Shown in pieces: positions 19,783 through 30,351 of a stretch of 59,649 nt of DNA (position 1 is its first letter; each line of letters starts with the position of its first letter). The translations under genes were made by a program, and so were the position numbers. The DNA is taken from the sequence record DRR723986_45297. One strand, written 5' to 3'. The notes below the pieces were generated by a model. It worked only from the letters and a program-made list of their open reading frames with translations. It did not search any database and was not told the DNA's origin.

Positions 19783-20318
19783 AAGACGCGATTCGCAAAG
19801 CCAAAAAGAATGATCAAATTGCATTCAATTTTCTTTTAGATACGTTTTGGAATGATGTTTATGCCTTTCAATTAAAACGAACAGAAAACGAAAATGACGC
19901 TGAAGACATTACCATTCAGACTTTTTCAAAGGCTTTCGACAAAATTGATACTTACAAAGAGGATTATAAGTTTAAAACATGGCTTATTACAATTTCTAAA
20001 AACATTCATATTGATTTAGTTAGAAAACAAAAAAAATCAATTAGAAATACGTCAAAAGATAATGATGAGAATTATTTAGAAATTATTGATGACTCACCAA
20101 CACCTGAAGATAAAATTATTACGGAACAGAACTTAACAAACCTGCTTAGAGATATAAAGAAATTAAAGCCACATTATCAAGAAGTAATCAATCTGAGATA
20201 TTTTCAGGAATTAAGTTATAAAGAAATTTCAGAAGAGCTCAATGAACCCATAAATAATGTTAAGGTAAAACTACTTAGAGCTAAAAAATTACTTGCAGCT
20301 ATTATTACCAAAGCATGA
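19773..20318 (+). CDS. ECF RNA polymerase sigma factor
   Basis: DAEDITIQTFSKAF, FKTWL..I..N..ID and LSYKEIS..L..P...VK..L.RA. The TTG start overlaps the GT2 gene end. Confidence 0.9.
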   Translation: MEIKDAIRKAKKNDQIAFNFLLDTFWNDVYAFQLKRTENENDAEDITIQTFSKAFDKIDTYKEDYKFKTWLITISKNIHIDLVRKQKKSIRNTSKDNDENYLEIIDDSPTPEDKIITEQNLTNLLRDIKKLKPHYQEVINLRYFQELSYKEISEELNEPINNVKVKLLRAKKLLAAIITKA

Positions 20319-21562
20319 GTTTTTCGTTATTAAAAAAACTAGGACCAGGATTACTTTTTGCAGGTGCAGCTATAGGTGTATCTCACTTAGTGCAATCTAC
20401 AAGAGCTGGTGCAGACTTTGGATTAGGCTTGCTTTGGGCTTTACTTTTAGTAAATTTATTTAAATATCCATTTTTTCAGTTTGGGCCAAGATATGCTTCG
20501 GCAACAGGCGAAACCTTATTAGATGGTTACAAAAAACTAGGCAAAGGCGTTTTAGGATTATACTTTGTTCTGAATCTTGCTACAATGTTTACTATACAAA
20601 CTGCAGTGACCATAGTGACTGCAGGATTAGCAAATTCTTTATTTGGTGATATTAGTTTTTTAAATTTTGGTTTTGAGAGCATTAGTAGTGTAGAAATATG
20701 GACTGTAATTATAATGGTAGTTTGCCTTCTTGTATTATTTATAGGTAAATACAGCTCTTTAGATAAACTGATTAAAATTATCATAATAGTCCTTACTTTA
20801 AGTACCTTATTAGCTGTAGTCTTTGCTTTTACAGAATTTAACTCTGGTCTTTCATTCACACAGGTATGGCCAAAAAATTCCATAGAAATAGCTTTCTTAA
20901 TTGCATTTATGGGATGGATGCCTGCGCCATTAGATATTGCTGTTTGGCATTCTATTTGGGCAATAGAAAAGAAAAAGGATGAAACCACTTTTACACCTAA
21001 AACTGCATTATTAGATTTTAATATAGGTTATTTAGGCGCCATAGTACTAGGCATTTCATTTCTATGCCTAGGGTACTTTGTAATGTTCAATTCTGGTGAG
21101 ACTTTTAGCAATAAAGCATCAATATTTTCAAATCAACTTATTGATTTATATACAAAAAGTCTCGGTAACTGGGCGTACATTATAATAGGTATAGCTGCTT
21201 TTACAACAATGTTTAGCACTACAATAACCACTCTAGATGCTTCACCTAGAGCTATGTCAAAAAGTATTGATTTACTAAGTAACAATTCTTATAAAAAAGG
21301 GTATCTATTCTGGATAATATTACTCACCTTTGGCACACTTGTTATCTTTTTCGCTTTTGCATCAGAAATGGGATTACTTATTAAAATTGCTACAATTTTA
21401 TCATTTATTACGGCTCCATTTTACGCCATCATTAATTACAAACTAATATCTAGTAAGCATACTCCAAAACCTTGGAGGCCATCATTAAAACTTCATATTT
21501 TATCATGGCTTGGTATTGTGTTTTTAATAGGTTTTAGTGTCTGGTATCTAACATTTCTTTGA
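20315..21562 (+). CDS. Nramp/APC-superfamily membrane transporter
   Basis: LGPGLLFAGAAIGVSHLVQSTRAGA..G and about 11 TM segments. Confidence 0.75.
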   Translation: MSFSLLKKLGPGLLFAGAAIGVSHLVQSTRAGADFGLGLLWALLLVNLFKYPFFQFGPRYASATGETLLDGYKKLGKGVLGLYFVLNLATMFTIQTAVTIVTAGLANSLFGDISFLNFGFESISSVEIWTVIIMVVCLLVLFIGKYSSLDKLIKIIIIVLTLSTLLAVVFAFTEFNSGLSFTQVWPKNSIEIAFLIAFMGWMPAPLDIAVWHSIWAIEKKKDETTFTPKTALLDFNIGYLGAIVLGISFLCLGYFVMFNSGETFSNKASIFSNQLIDLYTKSLGNWAYIIIGIAAFTTMFSTTITTLDASPRAMSKSIDLLSNNSYKKGYLFWIILLTFGTLVIFFAFASEMGLLIKIATILSFITAPFYAIINYKLISSKHTPKPWRPSLKLHILSWLGIVFLIGFSVWYLTFL

Positions 21563-21584
21563 GTAATTTTAATTTTTTACTTCG

Positions 21585-21592
21585 TATCTTTG
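21585..21592 (+). promoter_or_regulatory. TAnnTTTG -7 element for lipA-gap
   Basis: tatctttg upstream of the ATG at 21613. Confidence 0.55.
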
Positions 21593-21612
21593 CTAACTGA
21601 AATAGAAAATGC

Positions 21613-22485
21613 ATGGAAACGAAAGCTGCTTCAAATATTTTACCGGAACGCAAACCTAAATGGCTTCGAGTAAAACTCCCTACTGGAAAAAAATACACTG
21701 AACTTAGAAGTCTTGTAGACAAATACAAGCTCAACACTATTTGCACCTCTGGTAGTTGCCCAAACATGGGAGAATGTTGGGGAGAAGGTACAGCTACCTT
21801 TATGATTCTTGGTAATGTTTGCACACGTTCTTGTGGGTTTTGCGGAGTAAAAACAGGGCGACCAGAGGATGTTGATTGGGACGAACCTGAAAAAGTAGCG
21901 CGTTCAATAAAAATTATGCAAATTAAACATGCTGTACTAACAAGTGTAGACAGAGATGATTTAAAAGATATGGGCAGTATTATGTGGGCAGAAACCGTAA
22001 AAGCTGTTCGACGTATGAACCCTGAAACGACTTTAGAAACTCTTATACCAGATTTTCAGGGTATTGAGAAACACATTGACCGTATTATTGATGTAGCACC
22101 AGAAGTGGTCTCGCATAATATTGAAACAGTTAGAAGACTAACCCGAGAAGTTCGCATACAGGCTAAATACGACCGAAGTATGGGTGTTTTAAAATATTTA
22201 AAACAACAAGGTCAACGCAGAACAAAGTCAGGTATTATGTTAGGTTTGGGTGAAACTCGAGAAGAGGTTATACAAACGCTTCATGACCTTAGAGAAAATG
22301 ATGTTGATGTAGTAACTATTGGGCAATATTTACAACCTAGTAAAAACCACTTACCAGTGAAGAGATTTATAAATCCAGATGAATTTAAAGAGTATGAAGA
22401 GGTTGGCTTAGCATTAGGTTTTAGACATGTTGAAAGTAGTGCTCTTGTAAGATCTTCATACAAAGCTCAAAAACACATTAACTAA
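21613..22485 (+). CDS. lipA: Lipoyl synthase
   Basis: CX4CX5C ([12 protein letters not shown]), radical SAM CX3CX2C (CTRSCGFC) and C-terminal RSSY. Confidence 0.97.
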   Translation: METKAASNILPERKPKWLRVKLPTGKKYTELRSLVDKYKLNTICTSGSCPNMGECWGEGTATFMILGNVCTRSCGFCGVKTGRPEDVDWDEPEKVARSIKIMQIKHAVLTSVDRDDLKDMGSIMWAETVKAVRRMNPETTLETLIPDFQGIEKHIDRIIDVAPEVVSHNIETVRRLTREVRIQAKYDRSMGVLKYLKQQGQRRTKSGIMLGLGETREEVIQTLHDLRENDVDVVTIGQYLQPSKNHLPVKRFINPDEFKEYEEVGLALGFRHVESSALVRSSYKAQKHIN

Positions 22486-23501
22486 TGATTAAAGTAGCCA
22501 TTAATGGTTTTGGCAGAATTGGTCGTCGTGTTTTTAGATTAGCACATCAACATCCTAAGATACAAATAGTAGCTATTAATGATTTAGCATACGCAAAAAC
22601 ACTAAGTCATTTACTAAAATACGATAGTATTCACGGAGTCTTTGATGAACAGATTTCTCATAACAATAATGACATAGTTGTAAATGGTTATGCAATTCCA
22701 TTATACAATTGTGCACACCCAAAGGATTTAAATTGGTCCGATTGCGAGCCAGATTTTGTTATAGAGTCCACAGGTAAGTTTAAAACCAGAGCAGAATTAC
22801 AACACCACATAGACAATGGCGCAAAGCAAGTTATATTATCAGTTCCTTCTTCCGAAGACACTATCAAAACCATTGTCTTAGGTGTTAATGATAATATTAT
22901 TGATGGCACTGAAAGTATAATTTCAAATGCCTCTTGTACTACAAACAATGCAGCACCTATGATTGCATTAATAAAAGAACATTTTGGCATTAAACAGGCC
23001 TATATAACTACAATTCACTCTTATACAACAGATCAAAGTTTACACGATCAACCTCATCACGACTTAAGGCGCGCCAGGGCTGCTGGTCAATCAATTGTGC
23101 CTACTACTACTGGAGCTGCAAAAGCTTTAACAAAGATTTTTCCTGATATTTCTGACGTTATTGGTGGTTGTGGAATTAGAGTTCCAGTAGCTAACGGTTC
23201 GTTGACCGATATCACTATTAATGTTGAGAAACCTACAACAATAACAGAAGTAAATGCAGTTTTTAAAAATGCAGCCTCATCACATTTAAAAGGTGTATTA
23301 GAGTATACTGAAGATCCCATTGTCTCAATCGATATTGTAGGAAATCCACACTCTTGTATTTTTGATTCTTTAATGACTTCAGTCATTGGAAACATGGTGA
23401 AAATTGTAGGTTGGTACGATAATGAAACAGGCTACAGCACAAGAATTTTAGAATTAATTTGCAATTTATCGGATAAAAAAGCACTTTTGTCGAATAAATA
23501 A
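22485..23501 (+). CDS. gap: Type I glyceraldehyde-3-phosphate dehydrogenase family protein
   Basis: INGFGRIGR, KYDSIHG, SNASCTTN, TGAAKA and WYDNE. Confidence 0.92.
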   Translation: MIKVAINGFGRIGRRVFRLAHQHPKIQIVAINDLAYAKTLSHLLKYDSIHGVFDEQISHNNNDIVVNGYAIPLYNCAHPKDLNWSDCEPDFVIESTGKFKTRAELQHHIDNGAKQVILSVPSSEDTIKTIVLGVNDNIIDGTESIISNASCTTNNAAPMIALIKEHFGIKQAYITTIHSYTTDQSLHDQPHHDLRRARAAGQSIVPTTTGAAKALTKIFPDISDVIGGCGIRVPVANGSLTDITINVEKPTTITEVNAVFKNAASSHLKGVLEYTEDPIVSIDIVGNPHSCIFDSLMTSVIGNMVKIVGWYDNETGYSTRILELICNLSDKKALLSNK

Positions 23502-23530
23502 TTATATTTGTTTCAAATTAATTCGCTGAA

Positions 23531-25768
23531 ATGTCCCGAATCAAATATCACATATTTGTTTTTTTAGCTAGTTTTTGCACTCTTATTTTCGCTCAACAAC
23601 AAGTTGAAGAAGATAAGGATGTATTGACATTACGCCTACAAAATCATATAGTTGAAGCAAATCTTGAGAGTGATAGTGGAGACTATTATAATGCTAAAGA
23701 CAATCTCTACAAAGCATTAGCCATTGCTGAAAAAATTGACGACAAAACCAATCAAGGAATAATTCATACTAAAATTGCCAAGGTTCAATTTCTGGTTGGT
23801 GAACAAGATCAAGCGAATATCTCAATAGCAACAGCACTTAATTTACAGAGAGAAAATAGTGATTATGCCAATCAAGCAGTGACTTATAATATTAAAGGTG
23901 TAATGCTTAGTACTAATAAGGATTACAAAACTGCCTTAGAGTATTTTAGGTCTTCAAAAAACTTATACGAACAAGAAGGTTTAGAGGAACATATCTCAGA
24001 AGTAACTTTAAATAAAGCCAAAGCTCTCATACATTTAGAACGTTTTGAGGAAGCAAAAGCGGAGTTAGAAAACACTATAATAATTTCAAAAAAATATAAC
24101 AAGAGACGTCGCTTAAGTAGTGCCTTAATTGAAAACAGTAAAGTGTCTAGCGCCTTAGGTAATACAGATTTAGCTCTTTCACAGGCTAAAGAAGGATTAA
24201 ATATTGCTCAATCTTATGATTTACCAGAGATAATTAATGAAGCCTATTTGATACTTAGTGATGTATACAAAGAAAAGGGAGATTATAAAAACTCTTACAT
24301 GTATGTAAAAAAACACATGCACTTATCAGATTCTCTTTTAAACATTAAACGAGAAAATTTAGAATCAGGTATTTCGAATCAGTCCATTAATGAATATAAG
24401 GATGCTGAAAACGCACAATTAAAAGACCAAATGGATGAGTTAAATGCAGAAAGTAATTTCACCAGAATTACTACTATTTTGAGTATTGCCTTAATTACAA
24501 TCCTTTCCTTGCTCACCTTGTCGCTATATAAAAACAACAACATAAGATTAAAAACCAACAATATGCTTCATAAAAAAAATGATGAGCTTATTGTTGCAAA
24601 AGAGAAAGCAGAATTAGCTTCTAAAACAAAAGCTAATTTCTTATCTACAGTAACGCACGAGTTAAGAACTCCACTCTATGCTGTTACAGGCTTAACTAAT
24701 ATGTTATTGGATGAAGACCCTAAAGAACATCAAATACCCCATTTAAAATCATTAAAATTTTCAGGAGATTATCTACTAACCTTTATTAATGATATCCTAC
24801 AAATCAATAAAATAGAGGCTAATAAAGTAGAACTAGACCCTGAAATATTTAATCTTAAAAATAAAATAGAAAATGTAATTTCTGCCTTAGGAAATTCTGC
24901 AAAAGACAATGGTACTAAATTACATTTAAACTATGATGGAGGTTTACCAGAAAATTATAATGGTGACCAATTAAAGATTTCCCAAATCTTAATTAACCTA
25001 CTCGGTAATGCTATTAAATTCACAAAAGATGGTGACATCTGGGTGAGAGTTTACAAGATTGACCAGAAAGACAAATTGTATACACTTCGCTTTGAAATTG
25101 AAGATAATGGTATTGGTATTACAAAAGAGAAACAAGACCACATGTTTGAGAGTTTTTCTCAAGGATCTGTACAAATTAACAGAAAGTATGGCGGTACTGG
25201 ACTTGGTTTATCTATTGTAAAAGGACTTATTCAAATTCTAAAAGGTAAAATTTACTTGAAGAGTGAGCTTGGCAAAGGCACAACTTTCTTCTTTGAGATT
25301 CCTTTAGAATATGCTGAAGCAAAAGAACAACCTAAAGTAGTAGAAGCTAAAAAATCTAATAAGATGGGAGATTTGGATTTAAACAACGTTAAGATCTTAG
25401 TTGTAGAAGACAACAAGATAAACCAGATGATCACTAAAAAGATCTTAAACAAAATGGGACTTTATTGTGATGTAGTAGATAATGGTGAAGCGGCTGTAGA
25501 ACAAGTAAAGGCAGAAAACTACGATATAGTACTTATGGATATTCACATGCCCGGTATTAGCGGTTTAGAAGCCACTAAGATTATCAGAACTTTTGATAAA
25601 GAATTAACCATATTTGCTTTAACTGCGGTTACTTTAGACGATAAAATGCACGAATTTGGTGAGGCAGGATTTAATGATATTATTTCTAAACCATTTAAGC
25701 AAGAAGATTTTGAAAAGAAATTATTTACCGTATTGTCTGGAGAAAAAATAGTATCAAGCTTCTTTTAA
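23531..25768 (+). CDS. Hybrid sensor histidine kinase/response regulator with periplasmic TPR-like domain
   Basis: Signal peptide, helical repeats, TM, HELRTPL, NL.GNAIKFT, DNGIG, GGTGLGL, and a receiver domain (VEDN..., MDIHMP, KPF). Confidence 0.93.
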   Translation: MSRIKYHIFVFLASFCTLIFAQQQVEEDKDVLTLRLQNHIVEANLESDSGDYYNAKDNLYKALAIAEKIDDKTNQGIIHTKIAKVQFLVGEQDQANISIATALNLQRENSDYANQAVTYNIKGVMLSTNKDYKTALEYFRSSKNLYEQEGLEEHISEVTLNKAKALIHLERFEEAKAELENTIIISKKYNKRRRLSSALIENSKVSSALGNTDLALSQAKEGLNIAQSYDLPEIINEAYLILSDVYKEKGDYKNSYMYVKKHMHLSDSLLNIKRENLESGISNQSINEYKDAENAQLKDQMDELNAESNFTRITTILSIALITILSLLTLSLYKNNNIRLKTNNMLHKKNDELIVAKEKAELASKTKANFLSTVTHELRTPLYAVTGLTNMLLDEDPKEHQIPHLKSLKFSGDYLLTFINDILQINKIEANKVELDPEIFNLKNKIENVISALGNSAKDNGTKLHLNYDGGLPENYNGDQLKISQILINLLGNAIKFTKDGDIWVRVYKIDQKDKLYTLRFEIEDNGIGITKEKQDHMFESFSQGSVQINRKYGGTGLGLSIVKGLIQILKGKIYLKSELGKGTTFFFEIPLEYAEAKEQPKVVEAKKSNKMGDLDLNNVKILVVEDNKINQMITKKILNKMGLYCDVVDNGEAAVEQVKAENYDIVLMDIHMPGISGLEATKIIRTFDKELTIFALTAVTLDDKMHEFGEAGFNDIISKPFKQEDFEKKLFTVLSGEKIVSSFF

Positions 25769-26763
25769 ACCACAAATTTTATAATCTGCTTCTTAAAATC
25801 ATCTTCATTGTCTATAGATATGTTTATTGGTAGATAATATAGATTACTTTTTAATGATGTATTTACAGATAATCTCACAAAGTCTTTTTCAGTAGTTAGA
25901 ATTAAATCTTTTGTTGTTAGTGTATCAATATCTGATGTTCTAAAATTGTAGTGATCTGGATATTCTAAATGGTCAAATTTCAATCCTAAATTAGTCAAGT
26001 AATTAACTAAAGGCTCCGCATTGGCTATTCCTGTAACCAGGGTGAATTTGCGCAGATTCTCTAGTTTTAATTTATTCTTTAGGGAGATTACACAATCAGA
26101 ATAATTAATAGTACTAAAGTATACACATTGCGAATTATCTAATTTTAAACGTTTAGAAATTCTGTCTTTGTCTTCTGTTGTTAAATTATCAGGACATTTA
26201 GTTACCACAATTACTTGTGCGCGTTTGGCACCACTTCTTGGTTCCCTCAAGTTACCAGTAGGTAAAACTATATCATTACAATAAAGCTGATTATAGGAAG
26301 TGAGTAGAATATTAAATCCTGCCTTAACTTTTCTATGCTGAAAGGCATCATCTAATAAAATAACCTCTGGTTTATCTTTTAAAGCCATTAGTTTCTCAAT
26401 GCCATTTTGCCTGTCGGCATCAACAGCAACCATAATATCATCGAACTTTTTATAAAACTGAAAAGGCTCATCACCGATAGTTTTTACTGATGCGTTGTCA
26501 TCCGCCAATACAAAGCCTTCTGTCTTTCTTTTATAGCCTCTACTTAAAGATGCAATAGACTTTTCATCTTTTAAAAGTCTAATTAAATACTCTGTCATCG
26601 GAGATTTACCAGTTCCACCAGTACTTAAATTACCTACACAAATAACTGGAAAATCGTAAGATTTTGAAGTTTTTAACCCAACATCATACATCCAATTGCG
26701 TAACCATGTCACCACAAAGTAAATAGGCACAATTGGGAATAATATGATACGGATCAACTTCAT
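25765..26763 (-). CDS. lpxK: Tetraacyldisaccharide 4'-kinase
   Basis: VGNLSTGGTGKSP, LSRGY, GDEP, LDDAFQH, LPTGNLRE and TTEKD. Confidence 0.97.
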   Translation of the reverse strand: MKLIRIILFPIVPIYFVVTWLRNWMYDVGLKTSKSYDFPVICVGNLSTGGTGKSPMTEYLIRLLKDEKSIASLSRGYKRKTEGFVLADDNASVKTIGDEPFQFYKKFDDIMVAVDADRQNGIEKLMALKDKPEVILLDDAFQHRKVKAGFNILLTSYNQLYCNDIVLPTGNLREPRSGAKRAQVIVVTKCPDNLTTEDKDRISKRLKLDNSQCVYFSTINYSDCVISLKNKLKLENLRKFTLVTGIANAEPLVNYLTNLGLKFDHLEYPDHYNFRTSDIDTLTTKDLILTTEKDFVRLSVNTSLKSNLYYLPINISIDNEDDFKKQIIKFVV

Positions 26764-26803
26764 GAGTACGAAAATATATTATTTTTGAAACAAATAAGCA
26801 CTT

Positions 26804-27898
26804 ATGATCGTACAAGATGTAATTAATCACTTGCAAGAACTAGCTCCACTTGCATACGCTGAAGACTTTGATAATGTAGGACTTTTAGTAGGAGATAGAA
26901 ATCAATCAGTTTCTGGCATCTTAGTAACGCTAGACACCTTGGAGACAGTAATTGATGAAGCTATTGAAAATAACTGTAACCTTGTGGTTAGTTTTCACCC
27001 TATTATTTTTAAAGGACTAAAAAAATTAAATGGTAATACTTATGTAGAGCGTGTTGTTATAAAAGCCATTCAAAATAACATTGCCATTTTTTCCATTCAT
27101 ACGGCTTTAGACAACGCTGTTGAAGGTGTCAATTCTATTATCTGTGATCAATTAGAACTCACTAATAAGCAGATTCTTATTCCGCAATCAGGAACAATTA
27201 AAAAATTACAAACTTATGTACCTAAAGCAAATGCAGAAACATTAAGGCAAAGCTTATTCAGTGCTGGTGCAGGTAGTATAGGTAATTATGAGTCTTGCAG
27301 TTTTAATGTTGATGGTGAAGGCACTTACTTAGGAAATGAAAATTCTAATCCGGTAATTGGGCAAAGAGGACAATTACATACGGAAAATGAAACAGCGATA
27401 TCAGTGACCTTTAAGAAGCATTTAGAATCCAAAATCTTAAAAACTCTGTTTAAAGCGCATCCGTATGAAGAAGTTGCCTATGAAATTACAACTTTAGAAA
27501 ATACGAATCAACATATCGGAATGGGTATGATTGGTGAGTTAACGAAGCCAATGGATGCCTCAGAATGTCTTAATTTTGTAAAAGATAAGATGAATGCAAG
27601 TTGTGTACGGCATTCAAAGTTATTAGACAAACCGATAAAACGAATTGCTGTTTTAGGAGGTTCAGGAAGTTTTGCAATTTCAGCAGCGAAACGGGCTAAT
27701 GCTGATCTCTTAGTGACTTCAGACTTAAAGTATCACGATTTTTTTAGTGCAGAAAACAACATTGTTTTGGCAGATATTGGGCATTATGAAAGTGAACAGT
27801 TCACAAAATCATTTTTAGTAGACTATCTCTCGAAAAAAATTACTAATTTTGCAATCATTTTATCAAAGACAAATACAAATCCGGTAAAGTATTTATAA
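26804..27898 (+). CDS. Nif3-like dinuclear metal center protein
   Basis: AEDFDNVGLLVG, HPIIF, HTALD, HPYEEVAY and GHYESE. Confidence 0.93.
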   Translation: MIVQDVINHLQELAPLAYAEDFDNVGLLVGDRNQSVSGILVTLDTLETVIDEAIENNCNLVVSFHPIIFKGLKKLNGNTYVERVVIKAIQNNIAIFSIHTALDNAVEGVNSIICDQLELTNKQILIPQSGTIKKLQTYVPKANAETLRQSLFSAGAGSIGNYESCSFNVDGEGTYLGNENSNPVIGQRGQLHTENETAISVTFKKHLESKILKTLFKAHPYEEVAYEITTLENTNQHIGMGMIGELTKPMDASECLNFVKDKMNASCVRHSKLLDKPIKRIAVLGGSGSFAISAAKRANADLLVTSDLKYHDFFSAENNIVLADIGHYESEQFTKSFLVDYLSKKITNFAIILSKTNTNPVKYL

Positions 27899-27900
27899 TT

Positions 27901-28686
27901 ATGGCAAAAAAAGCTGAAGTTTCTGTTGAAGAGCGTTTAAGAGCATTATATGATTTACAATTAATCGACTCAAGAGTAGACGAAATAAGAAATGTCAGAG
28001 GTGAGCTTCCTTTAGAAGTAAGAGATTTAGAAGACGAAGTAGAAGGACTTAACAAAAGATTAGACAAACTCAATGATAGCTTAGCTATTATTGATGACGA
28101 GATTAAAAGTAAAAAGAATCTTATTGAAGAAGCAAAAGCCTTAATCAAAAAATACAGTGAGCAACAAAACAATGTTAGAAATAACAGAGAATACAACTCA
28201 TTGACAAAAGAAATTGAATTTCAGGAATTAGAAATTCAATTAGCAGAAAAGCACATCAAAGAATTTAAAGTTCAGATTGAGCAGAAGAAAGAAGTTATTT
28301 CAGAAACCGAAGATCGCTTAAAAGATCGTCAAGCTCACCTTAAGCACAAGAAAGGTGAGTTAAATGAAATTCTTAAAGAAACTGAGAAAGAAGAGGAAGC
28401 GCTTCTAGGCAAATCTGCAGATTTTCAGAAGAAAATTGATGAGCGTTTAGTAAATGCTTATCACAGAATTAGAAATAACGTTAAGAACGGTTTAGCCGTT
28501 GTACCAATTGAGCGTGGTGCTTCAGGTGGTTCATTCTTTACAATTCCACCTCAAGTTCAAGTAGAAATTGCTTCTCGTAAAAAAGTAATTACTGATGAGC
28601 ACAGTGGACGTATTTTAGTTGATGCTGCATTAGCTGAAGAAGAAAAAGCTAAAATGGAGAAGTTATTTGCCAAATTAAGTAAATAA
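27901..28686 (+). CDS. Coiled-coil protein with degenerate C4 zinc-ribbon (CT398-like)
   Basis: Long coiled coil, NNREY..L.KEIE, and C-terminal ASGGSFF.IPPQ...DEHSGRIL; follows nif3. Confidence 0.85.
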   Translation: MAKKAEVSVEERLRALYDLQLIDSRVDEIRNVRGELPLEVRDLEDEVEGLNKRLDKLNDSLAIIDDEIKSKKNLIEEAKALIKKYSEQQNNVRNNREYNSLTKEIEFQELEIQLAEKHIKEFKVQIEQKKEVISETEDRLKDRQAHLKHKKGELNEILKETEKEEEALLGKSADFQKKIDERLVNAYHRIRNNVKNGLAVVPIERGASGGSFFTIPPQVQVEIASRKKVITDEHSGRILVDAALAEEEKAKMEKLFAKLSK

Positions 28687-28706
28687 ACGACTCTTAAAAC
28701 ATATTT

Positions 28707-28737
28707 AAAAGCCTTTACAAATTGTAAAGGCTTTTTT
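28707..28737 (+). terminator. Intrinsic terminator
   Basis: aaaagcctttacaa-a-ttgtaaaggctttt followed by further T residues. Confidence 0.8.
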
Positions 28738-28814
28738 ATTTAATAAAATTTTAAAATAATTCACTTTAAGGAATTGTAATTTTGTTCTTCTATAGAAGAA
28801 GATAAAATTACATT

Positions 28815-29477
28815 ATGAAAAATTTACTATACGTTTTTAGCCTTAGCTTATTATTTAGCTGCCATAATCAGGCACAAGTAAATCCAAAACAACAAGAAGT
28901 TATTAATGCCGATCCTGTAGAAGTACCCCTACAAGATGGAAAAGCAAGAGCCTATTTTGCTAGCGGATGTTTTTGGTGTGTTGAAGCCATTTACGAAAGT
29001 GTAAAAGGCGTAGATGAAGTTATTAGCGGCTATTCTGGTGGGTTTACAGAAAATCCTACATACGAAAAGAGTAATACAGGTAAAACTGGACATGCAGAAG
29101 CTGTAGAAGTAATATACAACCCAGAAGTTGTAAGTTTTTCTACCTTAGTAGATGTGTATTTTGGTTCTCAAAATCCAACTCAAGTTAATGGTCAAGGACC
29201 AGACAGAGGCTCTCAATATCGTTCTATTATATTCTATCAAAACGATGAGCAAAAGAAAATTATTGAGGATAAAAAAGCAGCCTTAGCCAAAGAACTAGAT
29301 GCCACAATAGCTGCAGAGATATATCCTTTTCAAAAGTTTTGGATTGCAGAAGCCTATCATCAAGATTATGAAAAGCAACATCCAAATCAAAGTTATATTA
29401 GAGCGGTATCAATACCAAGATTAAATAGGTTTAAAGCAAAATTTCCTGATATTTTAAAGGAAGACGAACAGCATTAA
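28815..29477 (+). CDS. msrA: Peptide methionine (S)-sulfoxide reductase, lipoprotein
   Basis: GCFWC, TGHAEAV, QG.DRGSQYRS and AEAYHQDY; lipobox-like LFSC. Confidence 0.95.
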   Translation: MKNLLYVFSLSLLFSCHNQAQVNPKQQEVINADPVEVPLQDGKARAYFASGCFWCVEAIYESVKGVDEVISGYSGGFTENPTYEKSNTGKTGHAEAVEVIYNPEVVSFSTLVDVYFGSQNPTQVNGQGPDRGSQYRSIIFYQNDEQKKIIEDKKAALAKELDATIAAEIYPFQKFWIAEAYHQDYEKQHPNQSYIRAVSIPRLNRFKAKFPDILKEDEQH

Positions 29478-29483
29478 AAATTC

Positions 29484-29509
29484 AAGGCCAATATTTTATA
29501 TTGGCTTTT
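29484..29509. terminator. Terminator hairpin between convergent genes
   Basis: gccaatat-ttt-atattggc followed by tttt. Confidence 0.6.
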
Positions 29510-30310
29510 CTATTTTTTAGAAGCCTTTATTTCAAACAACATAGGAAACAATTGATTTTTCATTTTATACATACTATTCTCTAGTTTTACTAAATCAGGA
29601 AATACATCATAAGGGCTTTCGTCATACTCATTAAGATATTCAATGTGCAAACCTGCTTCAATGAGTGCATTTACAACTTCACTCAACCCATGGTTCCAGC
29701 CATATTCTTTACTTACCATTTTAGATGAATTGTCTGCATAAGTCCCTTCATATTCTTCATAAATAACTTCATCTTGGTTGTAATGGTATTTCATCTCTGG
29801 TTTACCATCAATATAATCAAACATCCAAAGAATAGGATGAAATTCAATCATATAAAAGGTTCCACCAGGATTAAGACGTTCGGCAATCATTCTTGCCCAA
29901 GGTTTTAAGTCTGGCAACCAGCCAATTGTTCCATAACTTGTAAAAACAATATCAAAGGTCTTAGAAACATGCTTTGATGTATCTATAACATTACAACAGA
30001 CAAACTCAACATTTAGCATTAATTCCTTATTGAGTTGTCTGGCCAACTTTATACCTTCATCGCTTAAGTCCACTCCTACACACTTTGCTCCCATCCTACT
30101 CCAACTCAACGTGTCTTGACCAAAATGGCACTGCAAGTGTAACAATGATTTGCCTTTAACATCACCCAATGCATTTAATTCATAAGACATTAAAGATGAT
30201 TTACCAGCTTTAAAAGCTGCCATATCATACATTTCACTTTGAGCATGTATACTCACCTTTTTATTCCATGTGGCTTTATTTACTTCAAAATAATTAGTGT
30301 TGTCGTCCAT
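29510..30310 (-). CDS. Class I SAM-dependent methyltransferase
   Basis: LLHLQCHFGQDT, GVDLS, FDIVF and L.PGG. Confidence 0.88.
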   Translation of the reverse strand: MDDNTNYFEVNKATWNKKVSIHAQSEMYDMAAFKAGKSSLMSYELNALGDVKGKSLLHLQCHFGQDTLSWSRMGAKCVGVDLSDEGIKLARQLNKELMLNVEFVCCNVIDTSKHVSKTFDIVFTSYGTIGWLPDLKPWARMIAERLNPGGTFYMIEFHPILWMFDYIDGKPEMKYHYNQDEVIYEEYEGTYADNSSKMVSKEYGWNHGLSEVVNALIEAGLHIEYLNEYDESPYDVFPDLVKLENSMYKMKNQLFPMLFEIKASKK

Positions 30311-30351
30311 CGTTGGTTAATTTTGCATCTAAATTAAAATAACTTTTTTAT

